In this document: in pieces, positions 1 to 11,330 of the stretch
How the letters are laid out: every line of letters starts with the position of its first letter
Numbering within the stretch: position 1 is the first letter of the stretch
DNA from: Cycas panzhihuaensis
Lineage: Eukaryota > Plantae > Cycadophyta
Length of the DNA stretch: 64,000 nucleotides
NCBI GenBank assembly: GCA_023213395.1
Contig: CM041465.1
Span: forward strand, 114,707,741 to 114,771,740
Direction: 5' to 3'
Notes under the pieces: model-generated
What the model was told of the DNA's origin: nothing
Database searches by the model: none
What the model saw: the letters and a program-made list of their open reading frames with translations, nothing else
Made by a program: the position numbers and the translations under genes

Positions 1-54
1 AGTTTAGATCTTGGTGGCGGTTTCAGGGTATTGGGACTATATATTCTCAACAAG

Positions 55-66
55 TGGTATCAGAGC
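55..66 (+). promoter_or_regulatory. Primer-binding site (tRNA-iMet) of copia copy 1
   Basis: TGGTATCAGAGC 2 nt after the LTR-terminal CA. Confidence 0.9.
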
Positions 67-124
67 CACTTTTATTTTTGCAATGAGTTTGTGAAGGTTT
101 TGGTGTCAGCTTTCTCTACACAAA

Positions 125-3100
125 ATGGTGAAATTGGCAAGTGCAAAGTTTAAGGTGGAGAAATTCAATGGCAATAACAACTTCGAGTTATGGAAACTAA
201 AAGCGTATGATGTTCTTGTACAACAGGATTTGTATAGAGCTCTTGCAGACAAAATAAAGAAACCTGCAGGGATGGACAATGATGAATGGGATGATCTAGA
301 TAAAAAGGCTCTTAGAATAATACAATTATACTTGGCATATAAAGTTCTATTTAACATCGCAGCGGAGCAGACAGCGATAATATTATAGACTCAATTGGAA
401 GGCCTATATATGACCAAATCAGTGACAAATCAAATCTACTTGAAGAGGTAGTTGTACTCATTACAAATGAAGGAAGGTACAAAAATTGCTAACCATTTAA
501 ATATTTTTAATACTCTTATTTATCAATTAGCTAGTATCGATGTCAAAATTGAGGATGAAGACAAAGTTGTTATCTTGTTATACTCATTACTAGAATCTTG
601 GGATAATATTGTCACCTCAATTAGTTTTAGCACTACAGATGAATTAGAATATGATTCTTTTATAAGTGCTTTGTTGATGGAAGAAGTATGGAGGAAGTCT
701 AGTCTTGAAACCTCCACACCAGAAGCCATGACAGAAAGGGGTAGAACAATTAATAGAGGATAAAGCTTCAGGGATACATCGAGGTCAAAGTCAAAAACCA
801 AGAAGAGTAAGCTCAGGTGTTGGCACTGTAATAAGACGGGTCACCTTAAGAAGGATTGCTACAAAAGGAAGGAGTTCTAGAAAAAGGAAGATCCTGCCAA
901 GGAGGCGAATCAGGTGGAGTCAAATCAAGGTATGGATGATGATGTCTTAGTTACTTGTAATGTTTCTCATTATCACCATGACTGGTTATTAGATTCAGGT
1001 GCTTCACACCACATGTGTCTACACAAGAGTTGGTTCTCATCATACCAATCTCTTGATGGTAGTGATGTGCTTATGGGAAATGAAGTTTCTTGTAAGACAG
1101 TGGGTATTAGTAGCATCAGAATTAATATGTTCGATGGGGCAGTGAGAACATTAACTGAGGTTAGACATGTACCTGATCTGAAAAGGAATCTGATTTTCTT
1201 GGGTGAACTAGATTCTGGTGGTTTTAAGCATACAGGTCGTGAATGAGTCCTAAAGGTATCAAAGGGCACCTTGGTTGTTATGAAAGCCTCAAATAAAGGA
1301 AATCTTTATATTTTAGTAGGAAGTACAGATGTCAGCCAAGTAGCTATAGCATCAAAGACTGCAGAAGATCTAGATCAGTCATGGCATCAGAAACTTGGGC
1401 ACATGAGTGAGAGAGGACTTAAGGTGTTAATAAATCGTAAGTTACTTCCTGACTTACAACTTCTAGATTTGGCTTTTTGTAAACATTATGTTTTTGGAAA
1501 ACAATGTAGACTCTGGTTTAAAGTAGGGGGTCATACTAGTAAAGGCGTTCAGGATTACATACATTTAGATGTGTAGGGACTAGCCCCTAAAATATCTTAT
1601 GGAGGATCATTATACTTTGTCATATTTATAGATGATTACCCGAGGAAGTTATGGGTCTATTTTTTGAAAAGAAAATCTAAAGTGTTCAGTGTGTTTAAGC
1701 AGTTCAAGGCTCTAGTTGAGAACAACACTGGTAAGACAATCAAATATTTAAGAACTGATAATGGAGGTAAGTTCAACTCCTTAGAGTTTGAAACCTATTG
1801 CAGAGAATCTAGGATTGAAAGATACAAGACCACTAACTATACTCCACAGCAAAATGGCATTGTTAAGTGCATGAATAGGACACTCTTGGAAAGAGTAAGA
1901 AGCATGCTAAGTAATGTTGGAGTGGAGCAGGGCTTGTGGGCAGAAGCTATTCAAACAACTTGTTATCTGGTAAATAGGTCACCATCACTTACAATAGACT
2001 ACAAGATTCCTGAAGAGGTATGGACTGGACATCCATGTAACTATTCAAATTTGAGAGTTTTTGGTTGTGATGCTTATGTCTGGACTGATAAAAGTAAACG
2101 TTCAAAGTTAGACCCAAAATCCAAGAAATGTATCTTTGTTGGTTATGGTGATAAAGATGGTATAAAGGGATACAAGTTGTGGAATCCTACTGCCCATAAA
2201 ATCACCATTAACAGAGATGTATTTGATGAATCTCCCCTTTTAAAATCAGACAATGTAGAAGTTGAAGTGAAACAGGAGCAGAAAGATGAATATTAACAGG
2301 TCAAGTTTAAAACCTAGCCATCTTTGGAATCAGAAGAACAGGAAGATCTTTTTGAAGATGAATTTGTAATAGATTTACAGGAGTATGGAGACACTCCTCT
2401 GCCAACAGTTAGAAGATCTATATGAGTGAGTCATCCACCTGACATGTACAACCCATCTACTTCTATTATTTTGGTTTCTAATGATGGTGAGCCTACATGT
2501 TATCAAGAAGTAGTAGATGATATCCATAGTGAGATGTGAAAGAGGGCTATGTAGGAAGAGATAGATGTATTGAAGAAAAATAATTCATGGGACTTGGTAG
2601 AACTTCCACATGGTAGGAATACTATTGGTTGTAGGTGGGTTTTTAAGATGAAAACAGATGTTGATGGAAAGGTTAATAAATATAGGGCAAGACTAGTGGC
2701 TAAAGGCTTTGCACAGAAAGCAGGTATTGACTTTCATGAGATCTTTTTACCAGTTGTCAAACTTATTTCAATTCGAGTGTTGTTAGCATTGGTGGCTTCT
2801 CTTGATTTGGAGTTGGATCAGTTAGATGTAAAAATAACTTTTCTATATGGAGATTTAGATGAGGAGATCTATATGGATCAACGAGAAGGGTTTATATAAG
2901 ATGGCAGAAAAAGACTTATTTACAGTCTCAAGAAATCATTGTATGGCCTAAAGCAATCTCCCAGGCAATGGTACAAGAAGTTTGATGCCTTCATGGAGAG
3001 CCAAAATTTTAAAAGAAGTGAGTATGATCATTATGTTTACTTTAAATTTATAGACAATGGCTTATTCATTATATTGGTATTATATGTTGATGACATGCTA

Positions 3101-4048
3101 GTTGCAAGCAAGAGCATGAAAGAAATCAATAAGTTAAAGGCTCAATTAGATAGGACTTTTGATATGAAGGATCTAGGAGCTGCAAAATAAATCTTAGGTA
3201 TAGAGATACACAGAGACAGGAAAGATAGTAAGCTATGGTTATCACAGCAGTAATATGTGGAGAAGGTACTAACCAGGTTTGGTATAGTAAATGTGAAACC
3301 AGTGAGTATCCCATTGGCTTCCCATTTCATGCTTTCTTCGAGTATGAGTCCTAGTAATAAAGAAGAAAAGGATTACATATCTTGTGTGCCTTATGCTAGT
3401 GCAGTAGGAAGTTTGATATATTCCATGGTATATACAAGACCTGACATTTTACATGCAATCAGTGTAGTTAGCAGATTTATGGAAAATTCAGAAAAGGAAT
3501 ATTGGGCAACAGTGAAATGGGTGTTTCAGTATTTGAGAGGCACAAGTGACTATTGCATCACCTTTTGAGGTACAGATAATCAAGTTTGTAGATATGTTGA
3601 TTCAGACTTTACAGGAGATTTAGATAAGAGAAGGTCTACTTCAGGTTATGTATTCACTCTTGCAAATGGTCCAGTTAGTTGGATGTCAAAATTATAGAGC
3701 ACAATTACATTATCAACTACAGAAGTTGAATATGTTACTGTAACGCATTCTTATAAAGAAGTAAACTGGTTACAGGGTCTATTGGTTGAGCTTGGAAGGA
3801 AACAAAAAAAGGTAAAGGTACTTTGTGACAGTCAAAGTGCCATTTACTTAGCCAAGAATCTAGCTTATCACAGTAGAATAAAGCATATTGCTCTTAAGTA
3901 CCATTTTGTTAGACAGGTTATGGAAGCAAGTGGAGTGTCACATGAGAAGGTTGATACAAAACATAATTGTGCTGATATGTTCACAAAACCAGTACCATTA
4001 GAGAAGTTCAAATGGTATTTGACTTCTCTTAGCTTGCAAAAAAGATGA
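125..4048 (+). pseudogene. Disrupted copia gag-pol (GAG-PR-INT-RT-RH)
   Basis: ORF fragments 125-388, 452-763, 914-1246, 1271-1576, 1664-2296, 2570-2899, 2939-3190, 3257-3568 and 3782-4048 are collinear pieces of one polyprotein. Confidence 0.93.
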
Positions 4049-4096
4049 TGAAGGGTCCAGGAAAGGTACCAGGTAATTTGTTGTCAAGGTGGAGAT

Positions 4097-4742
4097 TGTT
4101 AGAATGTGACAACAAATGGTTGGGAGGCTAAAATTTTGACATGTTAGCAGTGTGGGTTCCCCCCTAAACCTTTCTCGGGGGGTTTCAAGGGGGGCGGGAG
4201 GCCCCTTTGGCGAGGAAGTGCGTGGGGAATAGAACACCCCCGCTAAGAGGGGGTTCAGGGGTGATAACCCCTGACTCAAAAAATTAATACTGGAAACTAT
4301 ATTAAATTGTAAAGAAAATCAGGGTCATTCGATAAAAATACCCTAGATTCTATGGTCAAGATTTATGCTATGTATGAGCCACTCATGCAGCCCAATTTAG
4401 GGCATATTTCTTTATGTTGAGGTTGTTCAATGTACTATAAGTAGGGCGGTGACTGGTTGTTATTGCTGAGAGTACTCTACTACTAGTTATGTATATTATC
4501 TCCATTCTGTGACAATAAAGATCGATACATTTCCTGTATGGATGTTTTCCTAGCACACTGCTGGGGTTTTACCACGTTATATCGGGTGTACATTTTATGC
4601 TTAGCTTTCTTATTCATTTTATTGTTGTATCTCTGATTTAAGAACTTGCATGTAATTTTAGTTTCGATTCCTGTAACTAGTTGGAAGAATAGTTTAGATT
4701 TTGGTGGCAGTTCCAAGGTATTGGGACCCTGTATTCTCAACA
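4097..4742 (+). repeat. 3' LTR of copia copy 1 (646 bp, TG…CA)
   Basis: Starts TGTTAG after the PPT; its end matches positions 1-52; homologous to 40757-41422, 51600-52276 and 52892-53537. Confidence 0.92.
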
Positions 4743-7700
4743 AATCAATGACAACTTTTGTTTCATGTATTAGGATTTCCTATTCCTATTGGTACATCTA
4801 GTTATATCCTCTCTTTTGATCTAGCCACTTTGCCTAGCTAAGTTAACCATGTTTTTAATAATATTCCCCCATTTTATACTGAGATTATTAAAGATAACAT
4901 AAATATCAAACATGTCATCATTAATAAAGGATCATTAGTTAAGTTATTCCTCTTCGTCTTGTTGGAGACTTAAAGATCTTAGTTTTTTGTCCTTGTGAAT
5001 GGATTTTCCAAGATTATGATAAGAACTAAAAGGTTCATCTTAGCTAAATCACTCTTCCCCTTACTCTAGAGGGAAAAATGGTCTTTACTAAACTTATGAT
5101 CATTAATCTTGACTTGGAATATAACATCTTTTTGGGTAGACCTTGGATTACCCAAATAGTTGATGTTTGTTCTTCCCTTTTTGGTGAACTCTGGTTCATC
5201 CATGAAGGTGAATTAAAATTTGTTAAACATAAACCTAAACTGATCAAGTAATATGTTCCTCTCTTTGAAACTATTATTAAACATTGTAAATCCTCCAATT
5301 CATCATATTACTTTTTTTAATCTTTAGGTTTAGGTCAGTACTTCATTATTCAAACTCTTCCTTCCCAGGGAGAAGTAAAAGATGTGGATATGGTTAAAAT
5401 CATTCCTTTTAATCCAAGTTCTTTCTCTTCTTCTTATTTTGAAGAAGTTACATCATATTCTAGTTAGTCTTGTGAAGAATCTTCTTAATTCAAGTTGTTA
5501 ATCCAGATCTTCCATTTCTGAGTGAGTGTCATTTCTCACAAGTCTTATATTTACCTTCAATCATAAGTGTTGTAGCTTCTTCTAATGAGACTACTCAGCC
5601 ATTTAAACAAGTGGCTTCATCCTCATGTAATATTCTTATATCAATCATAGCTCTTTTTTTTATCTCCTCATTTTATTACATGGCATAATAGACAAGAAAA
5701 GAAGTTATTATTACATAGACTTAGTACCTAGTAATAAAGTTATTTCACCTTTCACTTCATCTCAAATAAATCAAATTTCATCTAATGGAGTTTAAGAGAT
5801 TAACTTGGTTTTAACTACTTCTTTTACTTTGTGTCACTCTATTGATGATTCTCCATCATCTCTTATTTAGATGACTATATCAACTCCTAATTATTCTCTT
5901 GAATATGAAGAGTTTAAATAATCTTTTACCTCAACTTAGGAGTTTATCAATAGATGTATTTTATTTACTCAAGTCCCTTCTATCATTGAACTCTCTCCAA
6001 CCCATCAAGATCTTTTACCTAAATATCCCTAGATTGTTAAGTCATTATCTTCTTCATCTGCCCTATTAAGAATGTTATTCTGATTAATCTCTTCTATCTA
6101 GATCATTTTAAAAATGATGAAACAATTCTTAAGCATTTGGTTGGTTCTACCTCTAATCTTCCTTCTTACTATTATAAGTTAGGTTTTTCAAAAGTAATAT
6201 ACTCTGATTCATCGTTATTCACTCATTTTTAGCCTAAGGAACCATCGTCTTTTATAGAACCTGCTCCTCTTTATTTTGAAGAACTCCAAAAATCATCAAA
6301 GTTGGAGCTAATTGTCCTCCTAAAGAGGTCTCCTAATTTAAAGATCTCTTTTAAGAATTTTATTTTATTTTTGCTTGGAATTATAGTGATATGCAAGGCC
6401 TCCACCTTAATATCATTGTCCATAATATTATTACTACCCTACGCATAAAGATAAAACATCAGAAATAAAGACCTATTCATTCTTGTCTCTCTTTAGCAAT
6501 TAAATAAGAAGTTGATAAACTATTGAAAGCTGGATTCATCAAAAGTGTCAATTACTCTCAATGGGTTTCAAATATAATTTTGATTATCAAGAAGAATGGA
6601 TTTATTCAAATTTACACTAACTTTTGAGACATCAATAATTCTTGTCCTAAAGACAACTTTTCCCTTCCTTTTCTTAATTGAATTTGGGACCGAACCATTT
6701 TCTTTGAAGTCATGTCTCTTATGGATGGCTTTTCTCTGGGTATAATCAAATCTCTATTACACTCCATGATCATCATAAAATAACTTTCACCACCCCTTGG
6801 GGAACTTTTATTTACAAATTCATGCCTTTCAAATTGAAAAATGTTAGAGCTACATATCAAAGAACCATGATTTTTATTTTCCATGACTTGATTGGTAATA
6901 TTATAGTTGTGTATCTCGATGATACACTTGCTCTTTATTGGCAATGATAAGACCATTTTCATGATTTAAGAATAATCTTTGAAAGATGCCACAAGTATTG
7001 TTTATATTTTAACACCCTTAAATATATTATTGTGATTACTTTTGGAAGAATGTTGGGTAATATTATCTGTTATAATAGAATTAGGGTCAATCCTAATAAA
7101 GTTAAGGCAATCATTAAAATGCCTCCTCCCATAACCCAAAAATAAATTAAATCTTTCTTAGGTAGACTTGGTTTTCTTAGGTGCTTTATTATTAATTTTA
7201 CATTAGATGCAAAACCTCTTACCAATCTCCTAAAGAAAGATGTCACACTTCAGTGGACCCCTCAAACTCAAGAATCTTTTAACAAGTTAAAGTGAGCTTT
7301 AGTAATAGCTCCTGTGCTTGCTCCTTTAATCTTTACTAAGCCTTTTATTTTGTATACTTCTTCCATGGAATAGTCATTAGTAGGAATGTTTTCACAAGAA
7401 GATGACATTAGTAATGAATGGGCCATCTACTTCATTAGTAGAATACTAGTTACCACCAAGCTTTATTATCCTTTTGTAGATAAAGAATGTCTTTTCTTAA
7501 TCTTTGATACCAAGAAGCTATGCCATTATCTTCTTGGTAATACAATCTTCCTTATCATTCAATCCAATCCTATTAGATATTTGTTAACTAAAACAAACCT
7601 TATTGGGTACCTAGGTAAGTGGTTGTTGTTATTACAAGAGTTTGATTTCCATATTATCAACAGAAATTCTAAGAAAGGAATGGTTATAGTTTAGATCATG

Positions 7701-10020
7701 TTCGATGCTTATTTACTAAATCTTAGTAATCAACCTACTGATGATAGACTTCTTAATAAATATATTCTCCAAATCTAGGCTATTCCTTTTAATGAGCCTT
7801 GGTATAGAGAGATCAAATCCTACCTGTGTGATCAAACCCTTCCTTCTTCCTCTACATCAAAGAAGAGAAGATGAATTTGGGTTGCTACCTGATAATATCT
7901 TTTACTTAATGATGTACTTTATAAATGTTTTTTTGATGGGATTCAATTAAGATGTCTCTCTCTTGATGAAGCTCTTACTACCCTAACAAAATATCACAAT
8001 GAAATATTTGGTGGTTACTTTGGTGGCTAATCCATTGCTTAATGTATCCTTTGTATGGGATATTATTAGGCTACCTTGTTTAAAGACACTGATGCTTATG
8101 TTTATAAGTATGAGAAATGCTAATCCCATGCTACTTTAATTCATAAACCTACCTAAAAATTAAAATCTATTATTTCTCCTTAGCCCTTTTCTTAATAAGG
8201 TTTATATCTCGTTGAACAAATCTTCCACACATCTTTTAATGGTCATAAGTTCATTATCACTACTACAGAATACTTTAATAAATAAAGTGAAGCCATTTAA
8301 TTAGTTTTGGATATGGGAAATGTAGTTACGACTTTCATTTTTTAATATATTATTGGTAGATTTGGGGTTCCTGATGTTATAATCATCAATAATGGATCCT
8401 TATTTTATAATCCTTATATGAATAAACTTTGTGATAAATTTTATATCACACATAGATTGTTGACCCCATTTCATCGATAAGCTAATTACTAAGTAGAAGC
8501 ATTTAATAAGACTTTGGATAATTTTTTAGCCAAGACTATTACAAATTCGCATAGAGATTAGCATACTTAGTTATTGCCAGTATTATGGGCATATCAAACT
8601 CTATTAGAAATGCCGTTGGTATGATACCTTTCTCTTTGGTTTATGGTGTTGAAGTAATCCTCCCTTTAGAAGTTGAAATCCCTTCATTATATATTTCATT
8701 AAAAGAGTTTGTTGATGAAGAGTTTTAAAGGGAAGCATACCTTTTAGAACTTAAAAAAGTAGATGAAACTTATCTTAAGGCATTACAAAATAGTTTGACT
8801 TCTAAAGATAGAATTCAATCCACCCATGATAGATAACTTAGACCTAGAAAATTTTGTGTTGGTTAAAAGGTACTAAATTTAGAATATCTACATGATAAAT
8901 AATGTAAACTTTCTCCAAAATGGGCTAGTCCATACTTGATTATTGAAGACCTAGAGAATGGTGCCTACTAAATTTCTACATTAAAGGGCCTGTAGTTTAA
9001 AAATCCCATTAATTCTCAATATTTAAGAGGATAAATTATGGCTCTAAAAAGTTATATTATTTAATGAGCTAAAATTATAGATAATCTTGTTCTTCAACTA
9101 CTCTCAATGTTCTTTCAGTTTTCTCTCAGCTTTATCAAGTTATATTCTACCAACCATATAAGACTATTACCTTCTTTTAGCATAAGTATTAGTTGTTGGA
9201 ATTATTTCCTATCACTATCTTTTATCTTTTGAGCTTTAAGCTTAAAAGAAAACTTCAATTCCAAACTTCATTCTTGATAGTTACTTACAATACAAGATCT
9301 ATTTTATCAATCTCAGTTATTATACCAATTGTTTGATCTACTTTATACACCTTTTATTTTTCACCCTTAAGGTTTCTTGTTGATTATCTATCATCTACTT
9401 TTTCTTTTATATTTTTTTTCTAATTCTTGGTTTCCTTTATTTATACTCCTAAAGTAAATACTCATTCTGCCACATTCCCTATATGATTAGAGATATCATG
9501 ATTTAGATTTCCTTTATTTCCCTAGGTTCAATCCTTGAGGAGTTTGATTACTTTTATCCCATTTTAGTTTCATTAAAAATGAATAATCCTTAGTACATTA
9601 AGAAGAGATATGTTATAATTAGATGATTCTCAAATCCTCTCTCTTGTAAATATTGAAAAGAAGTTCAAAAAGAGAGAGAGGTCTAAAAATACTATTATTA
9701 CCATTCTCTTGTAACCTGGAGCAAGACAGTTGGCAACTTCATCCCTACCTATATTTATTATAGGTCATGTTTATTTAGGTAGGTCACTCAAATTTTTAGA
9801 TCCAGTTGCTTGGGTCCACCATGGCCTCAATTATGATTGAACATTATTTGACATCCTTTGGATCATTAGATTATTATCTTAATTATGATGTTAACCTTTA
9901 CTCCTTACAGTCGACACAATTTTTCTATTATTTTACACTAACTCCTTACAGATTGATTCTTATGACTTCCTTTTATCGATCCCTCTATCTCCAAATTCAG
10001 TTCCTATTTCTTTTATGGCA

Positions 10021-10110
10021 TTGAGTATATTCACTAATGGAGGTAGTGGAGGTAACCTAGGAATATCTACTATTGCATGGGTGATATATAATAATAATTA
10101 TAATCAGTCT
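10021..10110 (+). pseudogene. Remnant of archaeal-type RNase H (aRH) N-terminus
   Basis: Translates LSIFTNGGSGGNLGISTIAWVIY, the FTDGGSRGNPG-type motif with a few transitions. Confidence 0.7.
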
Positions 10111-10783
10111 CCTATCAAAAAGAGTAGATAATGAAAAGAAAAATAATGATCAATCACATTCAAAGTATAATAACCAACACATACATTGACTCATCTCCTC
10201 CTAAGGGCTCTACCATCATCCCCTCTACTAGTTGTATCCCATCTCCTAGAGGTTGTTTAAGAGCCTCTCCTACTCTATCTCCTCCCTCATCTTCTGTCAC
10301 TTATTATTGCCTAATGGAACCTACGTCCATGCTCTAAATGAACCCTCCCCTACCATCATTAGCTCCTTTTATCTCTTAGAGTATCTCTCTACCTCCTCTC
10401 CTGCCTCCTCTAGATGATGGCTCTCATCTCTCTCTCCTTCCTCCTTTAGTAGGCTACTAAGGTATTTTCCCTCTCCCTACTTGCCCACCTAGATGTCATC
10501 CTCTCTCTCCTCCTCTTATAAAAAGGGTCCTTTTGAATTTTGGTTAGATTTTTTCTTTTAATCTATTTAATTCCCTCAGGTTGATCAGTTTCAATTTTGG
10601 TTTCTACAATCACAATACGCATCTTTTCAATTCAAAATTCTGTCATTTTGCCCTATTGAGAAAAGTCTCTTTTATGCTATTAAAAGTCAATCTTTTATTG
10701 ATGATTTTTATAGTTTTCAATGTAGTAGATTTAGATTATTCTCTCATTGTTAGTAACTCTTATCAAGCTCTGAGTTACTAGTT

Positions 10784-11075
10784 GCTAATAAGTCTAAATT
10801 ATAACAGTATTATACTTTAAAAACCCACCTATTAAAGAGCTAAATTTATGACAATAATTACACTCTGAAACATGATTATTGATGAGCCTAAACTATGATA
10901 ATCATACTCTAAAAAGTCACCTACTAATGAGTTTAAACTATGGTAGTCTTAAGCTTCAAAAAATCACCTATTAATAAGCATATAAACTATGGCAATCCAT
11001 CCCATCTAGCTCTAAAAAGTCACATGTTAATAAACTTATAAACTATAACAGTCAATCTCTCATGCTCCAATAAAG
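10784..11075. repeat. Degenerate tandem repeat, ~46-56 bp x6
   Basis: Recurring TAATGAG…AAACTATG…CTCTAAAAAGTCACCT; one related unit at ~9041-9080. Confidence 0.75.
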
Positions 11076-11133
11076 GGATCTTACCTCTAAAGTATGGTTA
11101 ATAAGGTGAAATTATGACCAATTGGTTTAAAAT

Positions 11134-11330
11134 CCCATGTAATTTATGGGAATCCTTGGTAGTACCTTTTGTTTAGTGAGTTGTAAGTCACATATAGTTT
11201 ATGGGAATCTTTGATAATGAAATGGATCAAGTTGTAAGCCCTATACAATTTGTGGGCATTCTTGTATTAGTTCATCCTTTAAGCCCTATCTATTTAGTAG
11301 ACATTTTAGTAGTACCCTTCTGTTAGTCTT
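11134..11330. repeat. Degenerate tandem repeat, ~50-55 bp x3-4
   Basis: Recurring (GTTGTAAG)…TTTATGGGAATC(C/T)TTG. Confidence 0.6.

Larger units (their letters stand above)
1..4742 (+). mobile_element. Ty1/copia LTR retrotransposon, Tork/Tnt1-like, degenerate (copy 1); 5' LTR mostly outside window
   Basis: 5' LTR end (…CTCAACA, 52), PBS TGGTATCAGAGC 55-66, gag KFKVEKFNGNNNFELWK, protease WLLDSGASHHM, integrase LRTDNGG/TPQQNG, RT LYVDDML, RNase H LCDSQSAI…ADMFTKP, PPT AAGGTGGAGAT, 3' LTR 4097-4742. Many stops and frameshifts. Confidence 0.95.
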
